From positions 3,072,001 through 3,136,000 of the forward strand of contig OZ244070.1 in NCBI GenBank assembly GCA_965215605.1: a stretch of 64,000 bases of DNA. Direction: 5' to 3'. Numbering within the stretch: position 1 is the first letter of the stretch; each line of letters opens with the position of its first letter. The position numbers and the translations under genes are program-made. This document shows, one piece after another, positions 59,341-64,000 of this stretch. The notes below the pieces were generated by a model that saw nothing but the letters and a program-made list of their open reading frames with translations, was not told the origin of the DNA and did not search any database. The stretch is from an uncultured Candidatus Binatia bacterium (GTDB taxonomy: Bacteria > Desulfobacterota > Binatia > UBA9968 > JAJDTQ01).

Positions 59341-60432
59341 ATGGCTACCGATACCCCACAGGTGAAGCTCGTTTCCGAAGTCATCGAGGTAGAGGACTCG
59401 CTGGAGGCGGTCAACGACTGGTTCTGCGACCGCCAGCTAAGCGACGGCCTGCCCATCGTTCCGCCCACCCGGGAACGGGTGGAGCGGATGCTCACGGGCA
59501 CCCGCCGCGATCCCCAGGAGATCATCGGGCAGGTGCCGCCCAAGTGGGCGCCGGCCACCGTGGAGAAGATCGCCGTCAGCAGCGTGATGGCCGGGTGCCT
59601 GCCGGAGTACCTGCCGGTGGTCATCGCCGCGGTGGAGGGGATCATGGAGCCCCGCTTCAACCTCTACGGCGTCCAGGCCACTACCGGTTACGCAGGTCCG
59701 GCGCTGCTGGTGAACGGTCCGGTCCGCAACGAGCTGGGCATCAACTGCGACGCCGGGGTGTTCGGCCCGGGCCATCGCGCCAACGCCACCATCGGCCGCG
59801 CCATCCGTCTGATCCTCATCACCGTCGGCGGCGGCTATCCCGGCGATACCGACCGCGCCACCTTCGGCTGGCCTGGCAAGTACAGCTTCTGCTTCGGCGA
59901 GAACGAGGAGAAGAGTCCCTGGGAGCCCTACCACGTGAGCCGGGGCTACAAGCCCGAGCAGAGCACGGTCACCGTGTGCGGCATCAACGGCTTCATCCCC
60001 ATGCACACCGCCGGGAGTACGGGCCAGGAGGCGCTGTCGTCGCTGGCCGAGGTCATCGCCATGCATCACGGCGGCAGCCACCTGGACGTGGGCAGCTTCG
60101 GCGGCGGCACGCCGCTGGTGGCCCTGTGCACCGAGGACGCGGAGATCATAGCGCGGGACGGCATCACCCGGGCCGACATCCGCGAGTACCTCTGGGAGCA
60201 TTCCACAATCACCTTCGCCAGCATCCCGGACCGCCGCAAGGGCACCAAGAACGACGAGGAACTGCTGCGGGAGTCGCCCAACGTCACCCCCGACGGCATC
60301 GTGCACCTGGCCACCCGGCCCGACGACATCATGGTGATCGTGACCGGCGGCAAGCACCGGCACTGCGTGCTGTTGCCGATGTGGACGGGTCGGAACACGC
60401 TGGCCGTCACCAAGCCCATACGGACGGCATGA
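59341..60432 (+). CDS. Conserved uncharacterised protein typically associated with UGSC proteins
   Basis: SDGLPIVPPT.ERV..ML, TVEKIA..VMAGC.PEY.PV, NGP...LG.N, RANATIGRA and ENEE.SPW motifs; start uncertain (no clear RBS). Confidence 0.8.
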   Translation: MATDTPQVKLVSEVIEVEDSLEAVNDWFCDRQLSDGLPIVPPTRERVERMLTGTRRDPQEIIGQVPPKWAPATVEKIAVSSVMAGCLPEYLPVVIAAVEGIMEPRFNLYGVQATTGYAGPALLVNGPVRNELGINCDAGVFGPGHRANATIGRAIRLILITVGGGYPGDTDRATFGWPGKYSFCFGENEEKSPWEPYHVSRGYKPEQSTVTVCGINGFIPMHTAGSTGQEALSSLAEVIAMHHGGSHLDVGSFGGGTPLVALCTEDAEIIARDGITRADIREYLWEHSTITFASIPDRRKGTKNDEELLRESPNVTPDGIVHLATRPDDIMVIVTGGKHRHCVLLPMWTGRNTLAVTKPIRTA

Positions 60433-60498
60433 CGATCCCGCCTCTCGTTATCCTCACTACGATTTCAGGAAGGTCGCGTTAGCGAACAAGGAGCGTCC

Positions 60499-61713
60499 AT
60501 GGATTTCAATCTGCAAGAAGACTCGCCGGAGATGACCGAATTCCGCAAGGAAGTCCGGGCCTGGATGGAAGAGAACATGAAGGGCTCGGAGCACCTGAGG
60601 TGGTCGGCGTCGTGGTCCACCCGGGAGGACGAGGAGGAGTACGGCTTCCGCCGCGGCCTGGGCGAGAAGCTGGGCAAGAAGGGCTGGCTGTTCCCGATGT
60701 ATCCGGAGGAGTACGGCGGCGCCGGCCTCACCGTGGACCACCAATTCGTGCTGGAGACCGAGCTGGCGCGTTACGGCCTCAACCTCACCCACATCTTCTA
60801 CACTCTGGCGCGCATCGTCGCGCCGGTGCTGCTCCACTGGGGCAGCGAGGAACAGAAGCGCGAGTTCCTGCCGCCCATCGCCCGGGGCGAGATCGTGGTG
60901 TGGCAGGTGCTGACCGAGCCCCAGAGCGGCAGCGACGTGGCCAACTGCCAGACCCGCGCCATCCGCGACGGCGACGACTACATCGTCACCGGCCAGAAGG
61001 TGATGGTGGGGCACCACCTGCCGCCGGACGTCCTGTGGACGCTGGTGTGCACCGACCCCGACGGCAAGCGCCACGAGAACCTGGGCTGGCTGCACATCCC
61101 GGCCAACCTGCCGGGGATCACGATTCAGCACATGCACCTGATGATGGGCATCAAGAACGCGGTGTTCTTCGACGGCGTGCGGGTGCCCGCCAAGTACCTT
61201 GTCGGCGGCGAGAACAACGGCTGGAAGGTGGCCCACACACACCTGGAGCTGGAGCACGGCGGCGACGGCCGAGTGGGCACTGACCCGGTGGTGGACCGGG
61301 TGGTGGAGTACTGCCGGAACCACGAGGTGGGCGGCAAGCCGCTCATCGAAGACCCCCACGTGCGCGACACCATCGCGGACATGATCCTGGAGATCAACAC
61401 GGTCAACCGCATGAACCGGCGCATCTTCTGGCACCGTTTCGTCAAGGAGCCGCACGCCTACGGCGGCGCCCAGTTCCGCTACTACCAGCGCATGGCCCGG
61501 CTCAGGAACGGCGAGCGGCTGCAGAAGATCATGGGCGCGGACGCGCTGATCCCGGACCACAGCGTGCACGAGGTGCTGGACTTCGAGTACGTCATCCGCA
61601 GCGGCCCGGGCCAGCTTCACGGCGGCGGCACCCTCGACACCGACCGGCTCATCTTCGCCCGTCGCGCCGGCATCGGCCGCCAGACCAGGGAGAAGGCGCC
61701 GGATACGGTGTAG
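60499..61713 (+). CDS. Acyl-CoA dehydrogenase (FadE26-like alpha subunit)
   Basis: PEEYGG.G, LTEPQSGSD, GQK, VFFDGVRVP...VG.EN.GW and GGT. Confidence 0.92.
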   Translation: MDFNLQEDSPEMTEFRKEVRAWMEENMKGSEHLRWSASWSTREDEEEYGFRRGLGEKLGKKGWLFPMYPEEYGGAGLTVDHQFVLETELARYGLNLTHIFYTLARIVAPVLLHWGSEEQKREFLPPIARGEIVVWQVLTEPQSGSDVANCQTRAIRDGDDYIVTGQKVMVGHHLPPDVLWTLVCTDPDGKRHENLGWLHIPANLPGITIQHMHLMMGIKNAVFFDGVRVPAKYLVGGENNGWKVAHTHLELEHGGDGRVGTDPVVDRVVEYCRNHEVGGKPLIEDPHVRDTIADMILEINTVNRMNRRIFWHRFVKEPHAYGGAQFRYYQRMARLRNGERLQKIMGADALIPDHSVHEVLDFEYVIRSGPGQLHGGGTLDTDRLIFARRAGIGRQTREKAPDTV

Positions 61714-61793
61714 GGACGCCGGCATTGTCAGAGGTAGGATTAATTTCAGAGCATAACTAAGCGAATTCTATAAGAAGCGGATTTGGTGGAATT

Positions 61794-62915
61794 ATGGATT
61801 TGAGACTCAACGAAGACCAGGAGATGTTCAGGAAGGTGGCCGCGGACTTCGTCCAGGCGGAGGCGCCGACCACCATGCTGACACAGCAGTTCCTCAAGAA
61901 GGAGACCTTCCTGCCGGACCTGTACGCCAAGATCGCCGGGCTGGGCTGGCTCGGCATGCTCATGCCGGAGCAGTACGGCGGCGCCGGGCTGTCCTACCTG
62001 GACAGCGGCGTGGTCTTCGAGGAACTGGGGCGGGCGCCGGTGCCCGGGCCGGTCTTCTCGTCCGGCGTGCTGGCGGCCCAGATCGTCCATGACGGCGGCT
62101 CCGACGCCCAGAAGCAGGAACTGCTGCCGGCCATCTGCGGCGGCGAGGCCATCGTGATCCCGGCCATCGGCGACCACGGCGCCCACTGGGGACCGGAGAC
62201 GGTGGCCACCACGTGTTCGCAATCCGGCGACAGCCTGACCCTCCAGGGCACCAAGCGCCACGTCTACGACGCCGAGGGCGCCACGGCGTTCCTGTGCGCG
62301 GTCCGCGGCGGCGACGGTGGGGTGTCGGTGGTGCTGGTGGACCGCAACGCCTCGGGCGTGACGGTGAAGCCGCACAACGGTTTCATGGTGTCGGTGAGCG
62401 AGGTCGCCTTCGACGGCGTCCAGGTGCCGGCCGCCAACCTCATCGGCGCCGCGGGCGCGGGGTGGGAGATGCTGGACAAGGCCGCGGAAAAGGCCATTCC
62501 GATCCTGTGCGCCTACAAGGTGGGGGCGTGTCAGGAGATCTACGAGTTCACCGTCCGGTACACCAACGAGCGCCGCGCCTTCGGCCAGCTCATCGGCCGT
62601 TTCCAGCGGGTCCAGGACCACTGCGTGGAGCTTTCGATCCACATGGACCGGGCGCGGATGGCCACCTACGAGACCCTGTGGGAGCTCGACCAGGGAATGC
62701 CCGCGGAAGCCGGCATCCACGAGTCCAAGGCCGCGGCCAGCGAGGGCTACCACCAGGCGTGCAGTTACTCGCACATGGTGCACGCCGGTCCGGGCACCGA
62801 CTACCTGCACCCGCTCATGGTGCACAGCGTGCTGGCGCACACGCTGTACCAGTATCTGGGCACGCCGGACTATCACAAGCGCCGCATGGTCGACGCGCTC
62901 TATCCGAGCGCGTAA
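61794..62915 (+). CDS. Acyl-CoA dehydrogenase (FadE27-like beta subunit)
   Basis: PEQYGGAG, EELGR and R.AFGQLIG.FQ.VQ; lacks the TEP..GSD FAD motif. Confidence 0.88.
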   Translation: MDLRLNEDQEMFRKVAADFVQAEAPTTMLTQQFLKKETFLPDLYAKIAGLGWLGMLMPEQYGGAGLSYLDSGVVFEELGRAPVPGPVFSSGVLAAQIVHDGGSDAQKQELLPAICGGEAIVIPAIGDHGAHWGPETVATTCSQSGDSLTLQGTKRHVYDAEGATAFLCAVRGGDGGVSVVLVDRNASGVTVKPHNGFMVSVSEVAFDGVQVPAANLIGAAGAGWEMLDKAAEKAIPILCAYKVGACQEIYEFTVRYTNERRAFGQLIGRFQRVQDHCVELSIHMDRARMATYETLWELDQGMPAEAGIHESKAAASEGYHQACSYSHMVHAGPGTDYLHPLMVHSVLAHTLYQYLGTPDYHKRRMVDALYPSA

Positions 62916-63032
62916 GGTGTTTGGGGGCGGGTCTCGGACCCGCCCGGGTTGAGCAACGGGAAGAAGCAGGTGAATATCGGGTTCATTGGTATCGGGTCAA
63001 TCCGTGAGACGCACGGAGAAAGGGAATCCGCC

Positions 63033-64000
63033 ATGAGACAGATACGCTTTGCCATCGCCGTCTTGTTCGTCCTCTTGCTTGCCGGTCAGGCGGCCGCGCA
63101 GGACGTGAACTTCAAGGGCAAGACCGTCAACCTGGTCGTCGGCACCGGCGCCGGCGGCGGTTACGACATTATCGCCCGCCTGTTCGCCAAGGTGGCCCCC
63201 AAGCACTTGCCGGGCAGTCCCCGGTTCATCGTACGCAATGTTCCCGGCGGCGCCGGCCTCAAGGGGACCCAGTACATCAACCGCAGAAAGCCGGACGGCC
63301 TCACGGTCGGGCCGCACTTCACCAGCCTGGTCATGAAGGAGCTGGCAGGGGTGGACGTGCCGGGCTTCGACGTCAAGGAACTCATCATCCTGGGAGCGCC
63401 CACGCTGGTGGACGACAGCTACACCATCTGCGCCGACCGGAAGGTCGTCAAGTCCTGGGAAGACATGCTCAAGATGGGCCGGCCCCTGCGCATGGCGTCG
63501 CAACGGCCCGGCATCGGCCGGGTCCCCATGGGCGGCGAGTTCGTGCAACTCGTGGGCGGTCCCATGAAGCTCATCTACGGCTACAAGTCCACCGCCGAGG
63601 AGTTGGCGGCCTTTGCCCGCGGCGAGACCGAGGTGGTGACCTGCCTCGAGCGCCGCTTGCCGCGCCTGTATCCGGAGCTGGTGGAGAAGAAGCGGCTGCT
63701 GCCGATCTTCTGGTGGAACGCTCCGCCGAGCGAGGGGTGGATGAAGCGGCTGGAAGCCGAGGTGCCGCGCAACATCCTCAAGCTGCCCGGTCTCAAGATC
63801 AGCGAGTCCCAGAAGTTGGCGTTCAACACGGCCGTGAACATTCACCAGTCCCTGAGGGCCTTCATGCTTCCGCCGAAGACGCCCCAGCCCATCGTGGATG
63901 TCTGGCGCAAGGCGTTCAAGGCCACCATCGAGGACCCGGAGTTCGTGAAGATCGCCACGGTCGCCGGCTACGACGTGGGCTACGGCTCTCCGGAGCATTA
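63033..64000 (+). CDS. TctC/Bug-family substrate-binding protein, partial (runs off the window end)
   Basis: Absent from the track on this strand. Manual translation: MRQIRFAIAVLFVLLLAGQAAAQDVNFKGKTVNLVVGTGAGGGYDIIAR...NVPGGAG...KPDGLT. Confidence 0.88.
   Translation, partial: MRQIRFAIAVLFVLLLAGQAAAQDVNFKGKTVNLVVGTGAGGGYDIIARLFAKVAPKHLPGSPRFIVRNVPGGAGLKGTQYINRRKPDGLTVGPHFTSLVMKELAGVDVPGFDVKELIILGAPTLVDDSYTICADRKVVKSWEDMLKMGRPLRMASQRPGIGRVPMGGEFVQLVGGPMKLIYGYKSTAEELAAFARGETEVVTCLERRLPRLYPELVEKKRLLPIFWWNAPPSEGWMKRLEAEVPRNILKLPGLKISESQKLAFNTAVNIHQSLRAFMLPPKTPQPIVDVWRKAFKATIEDPEFVKIATVAGYDVGYGSPEH

Overview
High-GC bacterial window, dense with catabolic and accessory genes: three Bug/TctC-type binding proteins, three amidohydrolases, three cupins, TauD and other 2OG oxygenases, a UbiD decarboxylase, hydantoinase A/B and a CoA-dependent degradation cluster. 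It also holds glnS-YqeY, a decayed mobile patch (autotransporter remnant, IS1182 fragment, higBA, IrrE remnant), and Fic and AAA/DUF4143 genes. The gene mix resembles Binatia-like or sponge-associated 'Deltaproteobacteria' (inference only). The main hidden feature is a selenoprotein that the ORF track splits in two. It spans 58710-59300 with an in-frame TGA (58995-58997) in a U-G-S-C motif and a perfect SECIS-like hairpin starting 11 nt downstream. It is followed by a conserved partner gene of unknown function and lies within a ligase/hydratase/aldolase/MetE-like/acyl-CoA dehydrogenase neighbourhood. A second candidate novel pathway is a UbiD + two heme-oxygenase-like diiron enzymes + two cupins operon (14285-19528). 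No rRNA, tRNA or CRISPR array was seen. Family calls come from recalled motifs, not database searches.
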